Both the position numbers and the translations under genes were made by a program. Below, piece by piece: positions 43,123 to 51,086 of a DNA stretch of 63,312 nt; position 1 is the stretch's first letter; each line of letters begins with the position of its first letter. The stretch comes from Oscillospiraceae bacterium. GTDB lineage: Bacteria; Bacillota; Clostridia; Oscillospirales; Ruminococcaceae. The notes beneath the pieces were generated by a model. The model saw only the letters and a program-made list of their open reading frames with translations, was not told the DNA's origin and searched no databases. The stretch lies in contig JAFSEN010000102.1 in the NCBI GenBank assembly GCA_017435745.1, forward strand, positions 1 to 63,312. The letters run 5' to 3'.

Positions 43123-43712
43123 GTTTTATTTTTCAGTTCCTCACAATGATGATCATGGCGCTTTTTGTTGAAAACATTATTTTCACAAGGGCGCTTGGAA
43201 CAAGCTGGATGTTCTATCTTATAAAACATCCGAAAGAAATTTTGCAATATACCGTTCTGCTTGCGGTTGTAACAACTGTTTCCGGCCTTGCGGGATATCC
43301 TCTTGTGGGCTTTGCCCAGAACAGCGAATATCACCATGTTCTTGTTCCGATGCTTTATATCGGAATCATGGCTATAGTTTATATCGCTGTTTATTTCTTT
43401 ACGAAAAAAGTTCTTCCCGGCAAGTTCGAGCATTTTGGAATGAACCTCGGGGTTGCTGTTTTCAACTGCGCAACTCTCGGAAGTCTTCTTGTTCCCGCGG
43501 GAGAAAGACTTGACCTTATAAGCACTCTCGGTTACGGAATCGGAATGAGTTTCGGTTTCGGTTTTGCAACAGTAATGCTCGGATACGGTCTTTCAAGGCT
43601 TGAATATTGCCGCGTTCCGAAAATATTCAAAGGGGTCCCGATTTCTCTTATCTATCTCGGACTTCTTTCTCTTGCATTCTATGGCCTTATCGGCCACCAG
43701 CTTCCCACATAA
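43119..43712 (+). CDS. RnfA/NqrE-like membrane subunit (one of two conserved Cys retained)
   Basis: VENIIFTRALGTSW (canonical LGICP), VAVFNCATLG retained, and C-terminus VPKIFKGVPISLIYLGLLSLAF. 4-nt overlap with the upstream gene. Confidence 0.72.
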   Translation: MSFIFQFLTMMIMALFVENIIFTRALGTSWMFYLIKHPKEILQYTVLLAVVTTVSGLAGYPLVGFAQNSEYHHVLVPMLYIGIMAIVYIAVYFFTKKVLPGKFEHFGMNLGVAVFNCATLGSLLVPAGERLDLISTLGYGIGMSFGFGFATVMLGYGLSRLEYCRVPKIFKGVPISLIYLGLLSLAFYGLIGHQLPT

Positions 43713-43724
43713 AAGGTTTTTGTT

Positions 43725-45122
43725 ATGAAAAGATATAAAATCAGACATTATCGTTCAAGAATTTACAATCCCATAAGAGGAAAAATAATAAAATTTGTGC
43801 TTATTGCGGTTATTGTTGCTTCAATTTTCGGAATAGGCTGGTTCGCTTATGAACCCCTTATGACCGCAATAAACGAAAAAAACAAGGAAATCGTTGAACA
43901 GGAACCCGTTCCGGAAAAACCGCAGGAACCGGCCTATGTTCCCGTTGAGGAAGAGTTTCTTGAAAAAGAAACTGTCGGCGTGGTCGTTCCGGAAGAATCC
44001 CTTTACAACGCTCTGGATTATTACGATTTTTTAAGCTCTCTTGATGAGGAAGTTACCGCGGTGGTAATCGATATGAAAACCCAAAGCGGAACCGTTACAT
44101 ACAAATCAAATCAGATAAGCGTAATAAATGCCGGCGCTGCTCATGCCGAGGCAGTTGACCTTGATTCAAGAATCAAAACCGCCCGCAAAATGGGCTTTGA
44201 CGTTGTGGCAAGAATCTTCGTGTTCGAAGACAGCACAGCGCCTTATAACGCCATTGATATGGCCATAAGGTATGAATCTGAAGACGGAATTCTCTGGCTT
44301 GATGACAGCGTTGACAACGGCGGAAAACCCTGGCTCAACCCCTATTCCGATACCGCGCAGAAATATGTTCTCGATATCGTTTATGACGCAATAGACAGCG
44401 AAGTTGACGCAATAATCCTTGACGGAATGCGCTTCCCGGAAAAGCTTGAAAGCATGGAATATGCATATTTCGGTGTCGGAACAGAAGAAGTTTCGCAGAA
44501 AAATGTGCTTGCGGAATTTGCAAAGAGAATCTATCTTTCCTCCGTTGTTACCGACACAAACATCATAATCGGATTTGACAGCTATGAACAGATAACCGAA
44601 AGCGGAATCTACGGCGAAAACGCCCTTTCTCTCAGCGGCGACGGCTATGCTCCGCTTATCGATATAGATAAGTTTGTCGGCGAAAAAATAAACGACGATT
44701 TCTATTTCAGAAGAATGCCCGAAGATATAACCGAGGTTTTTGTAAAAATTTATGAATCCATCGGAAATATTTCCGGACTCAATATGATCCCGGTTCTTGA
44801 TTTCGAAGGTTTTACACAGAAAGAAACCGAAGGAATCTTCAGCTATCTCCGGGAAAAGAACGCCTTGGGATTCTTTGTGATCTATGACGAACCCTATTTT
44901 ACCGGAATCGTTCCGGAACCCGAAATTTCCGACCCCCAAAATCCTTCCGCACCGGTTGTTCCGCAAACGCCGACAACACCTTCTGTTCCGGTAACGCCTT
45001 CCGTTCCCGAAACTCCTTCGGTGCCCGAAACTCCATCTGTTCCGGAAAATCCTTCCGAAGAGGATGAGGAAAACCCTCCGGAGGATACATCAGGAAGCCA
45101 TTTCGGAAAACCTTCGGATTAA
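43725..45122 (+). CDS. Membrane-anchored putative glycoside-hydrolase-like (DUF4015/GHL-type) protein with a Pro-rich tail
   Basis: N-terminal TM IIKFVLIAVIVASIFGIGWF. VTAVVIDMKTQSGTVTYKS..., WLNPYSDTAQKYVLDIVYDAIDSEVDAIILDGMRFP. 12 nt after the rnfA-like stop. Confidence 0.7.
   Translation: MKRYKIRHYRSRIYNPIRGKIIKFVLIAVIVASIFGIGWFAYEPLMTAINEKNKEIVEQEPVPEKPQEPAYVPVEEEFLEKETVGVVVPEESLYNALDYYDFLSSLDEEVTAVVIDMKTQSGTVTYKSNQISVINAGAAHAEAVDLDSRIKTARKMGFDVVARIFVFEDSTAPYNAIDMAIRYESEDGILWLDDSVDNGGKPWLNPYSDTAQKYVLDIVYDAIDSEVDAIILDGMRFPEKLESMEYAYFGVGTEEVSQKNVLAEFAKRIYLSSVVTDTNIIIGFDSYEQITESGIYGENALSLSGDGYAPLIDIDKFVGEKINDDFYFRRMPEDITEVFVKIYESIGNISGLNMIPVLDFEGFTQKETEGIFSYLREKNALGFFVIYDEPYFTGIVPEPEISDPQNPSAPVVPQTPTTPSVPVTPSVPETPSVPETPSVPENPSEEDEENPPEDTSGSHFGKPSD
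44979..45050 (+). repeat. Four tandem 18-bp in-frame repeats (PSVPxT)
   Basis: CCTTCTGTTCCGGTAACG / CCTTCCGTTCCCGAAACT / CCTTCGGTGCCCGAAACT / CCATCTGTTCCGGAAAAT. Confidence 0.85.
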
Positions 45123-45129
45123 CAAAACA

Positions 45130-45160
45130 AAAAAAGGCGGTTCGATGAACCGCCTTTTTT
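45130..45160 (+). terminator. Intrinsic terminator of the rnf-like/GHL operon
   Basis: AAGGCGGTTC GATG AACCGCCTT followed by TTTT. Confidence 0.85.
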
Positions 45161-45168
45161 ATATAAAG

Positions 45169-45200
45169 AAAAAAAGCGCTCTCCTTTCGGAGAACGCTTT
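45169..45200 (-). terminator. Intrinsic terminator downstream of the cofE-like gene
   Basis: AAGCGCTCTCC TTTC GGAGAACGCTT with an A-run on plus, giving a U-run on minus. Confidence 0.75.
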
Positions 45201-45215
45201 TTGTTTTTTTTAAAA

Positions 45216-46409
45216 TCAGGTTGTATAGTTATCGAAATAACCCTGAACAAGGATAACCGGAGTGCCTTTGTCGCCGGAACCGGAAGTAAGGTCGCAAAGA
45301 GAACCGATAAGGTCGGTAAGCTGGCGGGGAGTGGTTCCTTCGGAAGCCATGTTGCCCACAAGGTTTGCGTCTTTTGCTTTGATGCTTTCGGAAATTGCGT
45401 TTTTAAGTTCTTCGCCGGAAAGATTGCTGAAATCGTTGTCGGCAAGATATTTAAGTTTAAGCTCGTTGGGGGTTCCGATAAGTCCTTCGGTATGGAAAGG
45501 AGAAACAACCGGGTCTGCAAGTTCCCAAATTTTTCCCTGAGGATCTTTGAATGCGCCGTCGCCGTAAACCATTACTTCAACGTGTTTTCCGGTTGCTTCA
45601 AGAACGCGTTTCTGGATATCGAGAACAAGATCCTGGCTGTCGCGGGGGAAGAGTTTTACGGTGTTTTCGGTTGCTTTGTTGGAACCGAGAAGGCCGTATT
45701 TTTCGTTGTAACCGCCGCTGATGGGGGAAGTAAGGATATCGTCAAGGCCGAGAACAATTTTTGCGCCTGCTGCTTTAAGGATGCGTTTGGTTCTTGCGCG
45801 GGTGTGGATATCGCAGGTGAGAACGCAGTCGGTGTAATCAAGAATTGCTTTTGCCTGGTTTGCAAAAACAATTTCAACCTCTGCGCCTTCCTCTTTAACA
45901 AGGCCGCAGTAATAATCAACGTAGTCAACGCCGGTGAACTGGTGTTTGTTTTCGCCGAAAAGTTCGCGGTATTTTTCAAGAGAGAGAACGTCGGAATAGG
46001 GGTTTACTCCGGCTTCGTCAAGTTTATCAAGGCTTACAAGCTCGTTGCCGACTTCGTCGGAAGGATAGGAAAGCATGAGAACAACCTTTTTGCAGCCTCT
46101 TGCAATTCCGCGAAGGCAGATTGCAAAACGGTTTCTGGAAAGGATCGGGAAGATTACGCCGACGGTTTCTCCGCCGAATTTTGCTTTAACATCGGCGGCA
46201 ATGTCATCAACGGTTGCATAGTTGCCCTGGGCTCTTGCAACAACGGATTCGGTGATTGCGATTACGTCACGATCGCGGATTTCAAAACCTTCGGATTCAG
46301 CTGCTTCAAGAACGCTTGCGGTTACCATTTCGCCAAGGTTATCGCCCTGACGGAAAATGGGGCAGCGAATGCCGCGGGATACGGTACCAACTTTTCTGGT
46401 GTTTGCCAT
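45216..46409 (-). CDS. CofE-like (F420-0:gamma-glutamyl ligase family) protein
   Basis: 397 aa from the ATG at 46409. VGTVSRGIRCPIFRQGDNL...VIAITESVVARAQGN...; C-terminus GTTPRQLTDLIGSLCDLTSGSGDKGTPVILVQG. Confidence 0.72.
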   Translation of the reverse strand: MANTRKVGTVSRGIRCPIFRQGDNLGEMVTASVLEAAESEGFEIRDRDVIAITESVVARAQGNYATVDDIAADVKAKFGGETVGVIFPILSRNRFAICLRGIARGCKKVVLMLSYPSDEVGNELVSLDKLDEAGVNPYSDVLSLEKYRELFGENKHQFTGVDYVDYYCGLVKEEGAEVEIVFANQAKAILDYTDCVLTCDIHTRARTKRILKAAGAKIVLGLDDILTSPISGGYNEKYGLLGSNKATENTVKLFPRDSQDLVLDIQKRVLEATGKHVEVMVYGDGAFKDPQGKIWELADPVVSPFHTEGLIGTPNELKLKYLADNDFSNLSGEELKNAISESIKAKDANLVGNMASEGTTPRQLTDLIGSLCDLTSGSGDKGTPVILVQGYFDNYTT

Positions 46410-46619
46410 AAAATTACAGATCCTTTCTATATAAAGACTTTTTTTATCTATTGTAAAAAAGTCCCTTTTTCGTCCTTTTTCAAGGCAAAAAAGCAATATC
46501 TACAACAGAATATTATACATAAATATATTCTTTTCCGCAAGATGTTTTTTATAATTTTAGGTGTGGAGTTTTATAAAATTTTTTGTTTTTTGAAGTCTTA
46601 TTTTTTGTGTTTATATCAC

Positions 46620-46650
46620 AAAAAAAGCGGAACAGAACGTTCCGCCTTTT
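46620..46650 (-). terminator. Intrinsic terminator downstream of the XRE gene at 46651
   Basis: GCGGAAC AGAAC GTTCCGC hairpin flanked by A7 and T6 runs. Confidence 0.75.
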
Positions 46651-47025
46651 TTAGATAAGTTTTTTCAAAAGCTCCTCCGGAGCGGTTTCGTAAAGTTTTG
46701 CAATGGCAATAAGGTTTGTGGTGCTCGGTTCGGAAGAACCGTTTTCCCATTTTGAAACTGCCTGGCGCGAAACGCCGAGATTTTCGGCAACAAATTCCTG
46801 GGTCATGTTTCTTTCGGTACGCAGTTCCTTAAGGGTTTCGCCAAGGGTTTTGCGGATCTCTTCCTGCTGCGGGGTAACGGGTTCCGGTTGAACGTAAGAT
46901 ATGTTGTTATTTCTGTTCCTTCTTGCAACAACAATTATGATAACGATAACCGCTGCAACTGCCAAAAGGGAAAGCAAAAGCCCAAGGCCGAAGAAAATGA
47001 ATAATCTTGAACTGATAACGCTCAT
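46651..47025 (-). CDS. XRE-HTH regulator with an N-terminal TM anchor
   Basis: MSVISSRLFIFFGLGLLLSLLAVAAVIVIIIVV then MTQEFVAENLGVSRQAVSKWENGSSEP. AAAGGAGAG RBS before the ATG at 47025. Confidence 0.8.
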   Translation of the reverse strand: MSVISSRLFIFFGLGLLLSLLAVAAVIVIIIVVARRNRNNNISYVQPEPVTPQQEEIRKTLGETLKELRTERNMTQEFVAENLGVSRQAVSKWENGSSEPSTTNLIAIAKLYETAPEELLKKLI

Positions 47026-47121
47026 AAAAATCTCTCCTTTCATGCCGTTATAATAGCATTTCACCGACGGTTGCGCCACCAACTTTCGCGCAACCAAAGC
47101 GCAATTTTCGGTTGCGCGGTT

Positions 47122-47640
47122 TTATTCTTCGCCGGAATGGAGAGCGGCAAGATATTTGTCGAGATAAACTTTATACGCAACGGCAATTATCGTGTTGCGG
47201 AGCATTGTTTTTGTGTCGTTGCTGTCTGTTCCAACGGTATCAAGTTTTTCCTTGATTCCGAAAACAAATTCCAAAACATTTTCAAATTCGCTGCAAAAAT
47301 AATCGTACGCTCTTTTCGGTTCATAGGTTCTGTGCTGCATTTCGAAAAGAAGGCGGATATCTTCCATTGAAAGAACGTTTTTTGCAACGGCAATAAAGAA
47401 AAGATAGGCTATCTGCTCTCTGTTATATTGTTTTTTAACGGGGTTTTCAATAAGACCTTTTTTAACATAGTTGCTTACCATTGAAGCGGTGAGGGAAAAG
47501 CTCCCAAGCGGTTCAAGATATTCGGAAATATATTTTACAACCTGTTCAAGATAAAGCCCCACGTTGGGAATGTCGTTGTAACGCGGAAAAGAAAAATCGT
47601 TTATAAGGTTTTTAATTTCTTCTTTGGTGTTGCGGTTCAT
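47122..47640 (-). CDS. DUF1836 domain protein (usual DegV neighbour)
   Basis: 172 aa. PNVGLYLEQVVKYISEYL...LTASMVSNYVKKGLIENPVKKQYNREQIAYLFFIAV. GGGAGG RBS. Divergent from degV. Confidence 0.8.
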   Translation of the reverse strand: MNRNTKEEIKNLINDFSFPRYNDIPNVGLYLEQVVKYISEYLEPLGSFSLTASMVSNYVKKGLIENPVKKQYNREQIAYLFFIAVAKNVLSMEDIRLLFEMQHRTYEPKRAYDYFCSEFENVLEFVFGIKEKLDTVGTDSNDTKTMLRNTIIAVAYKVYLDKYLAALHSGEE

Positions 47641-47788
47641 AAAAACACCTCCCGTTTGCATTTTACAACCAAAAACCCGAACAGTCAAGAAAATTGTTTG
47701 TTTCAAGTTTTTAAAAACCACTTGACAGGGTTTTAAATATCGTTTAAAATGTTTCTCAACAACTTATAATTTTTCGGGAGATACAGAT

Positions 47789-48616
47789 ATGGTATATAAA
47801 ATTGTTTCAGATTCATCTTCGAACCTTTATGATTTCGGGGATGTGGATTTCAAAAGCGTTCCGCTCAAAATAAGAACGGCAAAAAAAGAATATGTCGATA
47901 ATCCGGAGCTGGACGTTGAAAAAATGGTTGCGGAAATCAAGGAAACAAAGGGAAAATCCGGAACCTCCTGCCCCAATATCGGAGAATGGCTTTCCGCTTT
48001 TGAAGGGGCGGATGTCATTTTTGCGGTGACCATAACAAGCCGCCTTTCCGGAAGTTTTGCTTCCGCAGAGGAAGCCGCAAAAATATATATGGACGCACAC
48101 CCGGATTCAAAGGTTTTTGTTGTTGACAGCCTTTCAACCGGCCCGGAAATGAAACTTATAATCGAACATCTTCGGGACGAAATGCTTCTTGAAAAAAGCT
48201 TTGAGGAGATCCGCGATTCCGTAACGGAATATACCAAAAAAACAAACCTTCTTTTCTCGCTCGAATCTCTTACAAACCTTGCAAGAAACGGAAGAGTAAA
48301 TCCGGCGGTTGCAAAAATTGCCGGCGTTCTGGGAATCCGTATCCTCGGCGCTGCAACGGAGGGAGTTCTCGATCCCTTTCATAAAATCCGCGGGGAATCC
48401 AAAACCATCGCCATGATGTTCGAGGAAATGAAAAAGCGCGGTTTTTCCGGCGGAAAAGTAAGAATAGACCATTGCATGAATCCGGATGCCGCAAAAATCC
48501 TTTCCGAAAAAATCCTTGGGGAATTTCCGGACTGCGACCTTGAAATCGGAAGAAACGGAGCGCTCTGCAGCTTTTATGCGGAGCGGGGCGGAATTCTTGC
48601 CGGTTTTGAAATTTAA
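47789..48616 (+). CDS. DegV-family fatty-acid-binding protein
   Basis: 275 aa. YKIVSDSSSNL..., TSCPNIGEW, ITSRLSGSFASA, SLTNLARNGRV. Confidence 0.9.
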   Translation: MVYKIVSDSSSNLYDFGDVDFKSVPLKIRTAKKEYVDNPELDVEKMVAEIKETKGKSGTSCPNIGEWLSAFEGADVIFAVTITSRLSGSFASAEEAAKIYMDAHPDSKVFVVDSLSTGPEMKLIIEHLRDEMLLEKSFEEIRDSVTEYTKKTNLLFSLESLTNLARNGRVNPAVAKIAGVLGIRILGAATEGVLDPFHKIRGESKTIAMMFEEMKKRGFSGGKVRIDHCMNPDAAKILSEKILGEFPDCDLEIGRNGALCSFYAERGGILAGFEI

Positions 48617-48749
48617 CTTCATTTTTAAAAATTTCTCCTTGATATTAAAAAAACAAAGACGCTTTTGAAAAAGCGCCTTTGTTTTTTTGTTTGAATTTTC
48701 ATAAAAACATAATATAATATTACTGATATTTCTTTTCGGAGGATTATAT

Positions 48750-49274
48750 ATGTTTTTAACAAAAAGAATCGGGCCCCGTTCGAAAGATATTAAAAAAATA
48801 AAACAGCTTTATATAGATGCTTTTCCGGAAAACGAGCGTTTTTCCTTTGAAAAAATGATAAAAAACGAAAACGGACATTACGAAACTTTCGGATTTTATA
48901 AAGACGGTTCCTTCTGCGGGTTTGCAATTCTTCTCAACAGCCTTGATATTTCACATATCATTTATTTTGCAACCCTTCCGGAACTTAGGGGAAAAGGCCT
49001 TGGGGCAAAAGCCCTTGCCGCCATGGGAAGAATAAAATCCGGCAAAAGAATAATCGTTGATATCGAAAGGGAAGTTCCCGGCTGCGAAGAAAACGAGATC
49101 CGCCGAAGAAGAAAAAATTTTTATATCCGCAACGGATATTCCGAAACGGAAATTCGCTATCGCTGGCAGGACGAAGCTTATGAAATTCTTGCCTTCGGCG
49201 GAAAAGTTTCTTCCGAAGATTTCGGCAATTTCTGGAAGGCTCTCGGAATCAAAAAGAACACAACAGATGGCTGA
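48750..49274 (+). CDS. GNAT N-acetyltransferase
   Basis: YFATLPELRGKGLGAKALAAM...FYIRNGY. Confidence 0.82.
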   Translation: MFLTKRIGPRSKDIKKIKQLYIDAFPENERFSFEKMIKNENGHYETFGFYKDGSFCGFAILLNSLDISHIIYFATLPELRGKGLGAKALAAMGRIKSGKRIIVDIEREVPGCEENEIRRRRKNFYIRNGYSETEIRYRWQDEAYEILAFGGKVSSEDFGNFWKALGIKKNTTDG

Positions 49275-49447
49275 GCACCGGGTTTTGAGCACCGTGCTCA
49301 AAAGCGGATTGGCGGTTTTTGACGAAAAAATTCGGGAAACTTTGTGTATTATTTTATCGAAAATGGAATGAAAAGCTCTTCCGTTTATGATAAACTTATA
49401 ATGTTTTAATTTTGCCGGTTTTCCCGGCGGTTTAAGAGGTTTTTTGT

Positions 49448-50938
49448 ATGGATAAAAGAGAAACCGGCGTTCTTCTCCATATTTCCTCCCTTCCTTCCAA
49501 CCATGGAATAGGAACTTTTGGAAGAAGCGCCTATGAATTTGTTGATTTTCTTGTGGAAGCAGGCCAGACTTATTGGCAGGTGCTTCCCCTTGGCCCCACA
49601 AGCTATGGCGATTCCCCCTATCAATCTTTTTCAACTTTTGCGGGCAACCCCTATTTTATCGACCTTGATTTTCTTGTAATCGACGGTTTTCTTGAGGAAA
49701 AGGACCTTGAGGGGATAAACTGGGGAACAGAACCCATGTATGTTGACTATGCCCATATTTATGAAAACCGCTTCGATGTTCTTCGCAAGGCATATAAAGC
49801 ATTTATGAAAAAAGGCGACCTTGCGGCATTTTCCGCCTATTGTGAAAAAGAAGAAAAATGGCTCGACAACTATGCCCTTTTCATGGCGCTCAAAAATCTT
49901 CACGGCGGAAAATGCTGGCGTGAATGGGAAAAACCTTTTTATTCCCATGATGAAAAGGCTCTTGAAAAATTCAGGAAAGAAAACGCCGAAGAACTCGGCT
50001 TTTGGAAATATCTCCAGTATGAATTCACCCGCCAATGGAAAAACCTTAAAAATTATGCGAACGAGCGTGGAATAAAAATAATCGGCGACCTTCCGATTTA
50101 TGTTGCGGATGACAGCAGCGACGTTTGGGCGTCTCCGGAACTTTTTGATTTTGATAAAGAAAGACGTCCGCGCAACGTTGCCGGCGTTCCTCCGGATTAT
50201 TTTTCCGAAAACGGCCAGCTTTGGGGAAACCCAATCTATAATTGGGAAGTCCACAAGAAAAACGGATATAAATGGTGGATCGAACGCCTTTCTTCCTGCA
50301 GGGAAAAATACGACGTTCTCAGAATTGACCATTTCCGCGCTTTTGCGGATTATTACTGCATTCCCTTCGGTTCCGAAACCGCCAAAAACGGCGAATGGAA
50401 GGACGGCCCCGGAATGGATCTTTTCAGCAGGGTTTTTGAGGAACTTAAGGGTTATCCGATAATTGCGGAAGACCTTGGCGATTTAAGCCAGGCGGTTGTT
50501 GATCTTTTGGAAGAAAGCGGACTTCCGGGAATGAAGATTCTTGAATTTGCTTTCGGTTCCGATGACCCGAACAACGATTGTCTTCCCTATAACTTCAAGA
50601 AAAACTGCGTCTGCTATCCGGGAACCCATGACAACATGCCCGTTGCCGGCTGGCTTGAAACTGCTTCCGAAAACGAAATTGCTTTCTGCAAGGAATACAT
50701 AAATTATAAAGAAGGCGAAGATTTTACCGATGCGTTTGTAAAAGCGGTTCTCGGAACCGCAGCAAACACCGCCATTATCGCAATGCAGGATTGGCTCGGC
50801 ACCGGAAAATATACAAGAATGAACGAACCTTCAACCTCCGGCGGAAACTGGCAATGGCGCCTTCTTAAAGGCCAGGCGGATTTTGAACTTGCAAAACGCA
50901 TGTATCACCACGCAAAACTTTACGGAAGGCTTAGATAA
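49448..50938 (+). CDS. malQ: 4-alpha-glucanotransferase (amylomaltase)
   Basis: 496 aa. GVLLHISSLPSNHGIGTFG, LGPTSYGDSPYQSFS, LRIDHFRAF, IAEDLG, PGTHDN. Confidence 0.95.
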   Translation: MDKRETGVLLHISSLPSNHGIGTFGRSAYEFVDFLVEAGQTYWQVLPLGPTSYGDSPYQSFSTFAGNPYFIDLDFLVIDGFLEEKDLEGINWGTEPMYVDYAHIYENRFDVLRKAYKAFMKKGDLAAFSAYCEKEEKWLDNYALFMALKNLHGGKCWREWEKPFYSHDEKALEKFRKENAEELGFWKYLQYEFTRQWKNLKNYANERGIKIIGDLPIYVADDSSDVWASPELFDFDKERRPRNVAGVPPDYFSENGQLWGNPIYNWEVHKKNGYKWWIERLSSCREKYDVLRIDHFRAFADYYCIPFGSETAKNGEWKDGPGMDLFSRVFEELKGYPIIAEDLGDLSQAVVDLLEESGLPGMKILEFAFGSDDPNNDCLPYNFKKNCVCYPGTHDNMPVAGWLETASENEIAFCKEYINYKEGEDFTDAFVKAVLGTAANTAIIAMQDWLGTGKYTRMNEPSTSGGNWQWRLLKGQADFELAKRMYHHAKLYGRLR

Positions 50939-50940
50939 AA

Positions 50941-50970
50941 AAAGAGCGGGAGAGAAACTCCCGCTTTTTT
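50941..50970 (+). terminator. Intrinsic terminator after malQ
   Basis: AGCGGGAG AGAAA CTCCCGCT followed by TTTTT. Confidence 0.85.
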
Positions 50971-51086
50971 GTATATTTTTATAGCCGGTGGACAAAGATT
51001 TAACAAAAACGTTAACAATTATTGTCTTTACTTCGCAAATTTTTAAGGATATACTTATGGCATAAAAAGGAAAGGAGGAGATTTTT

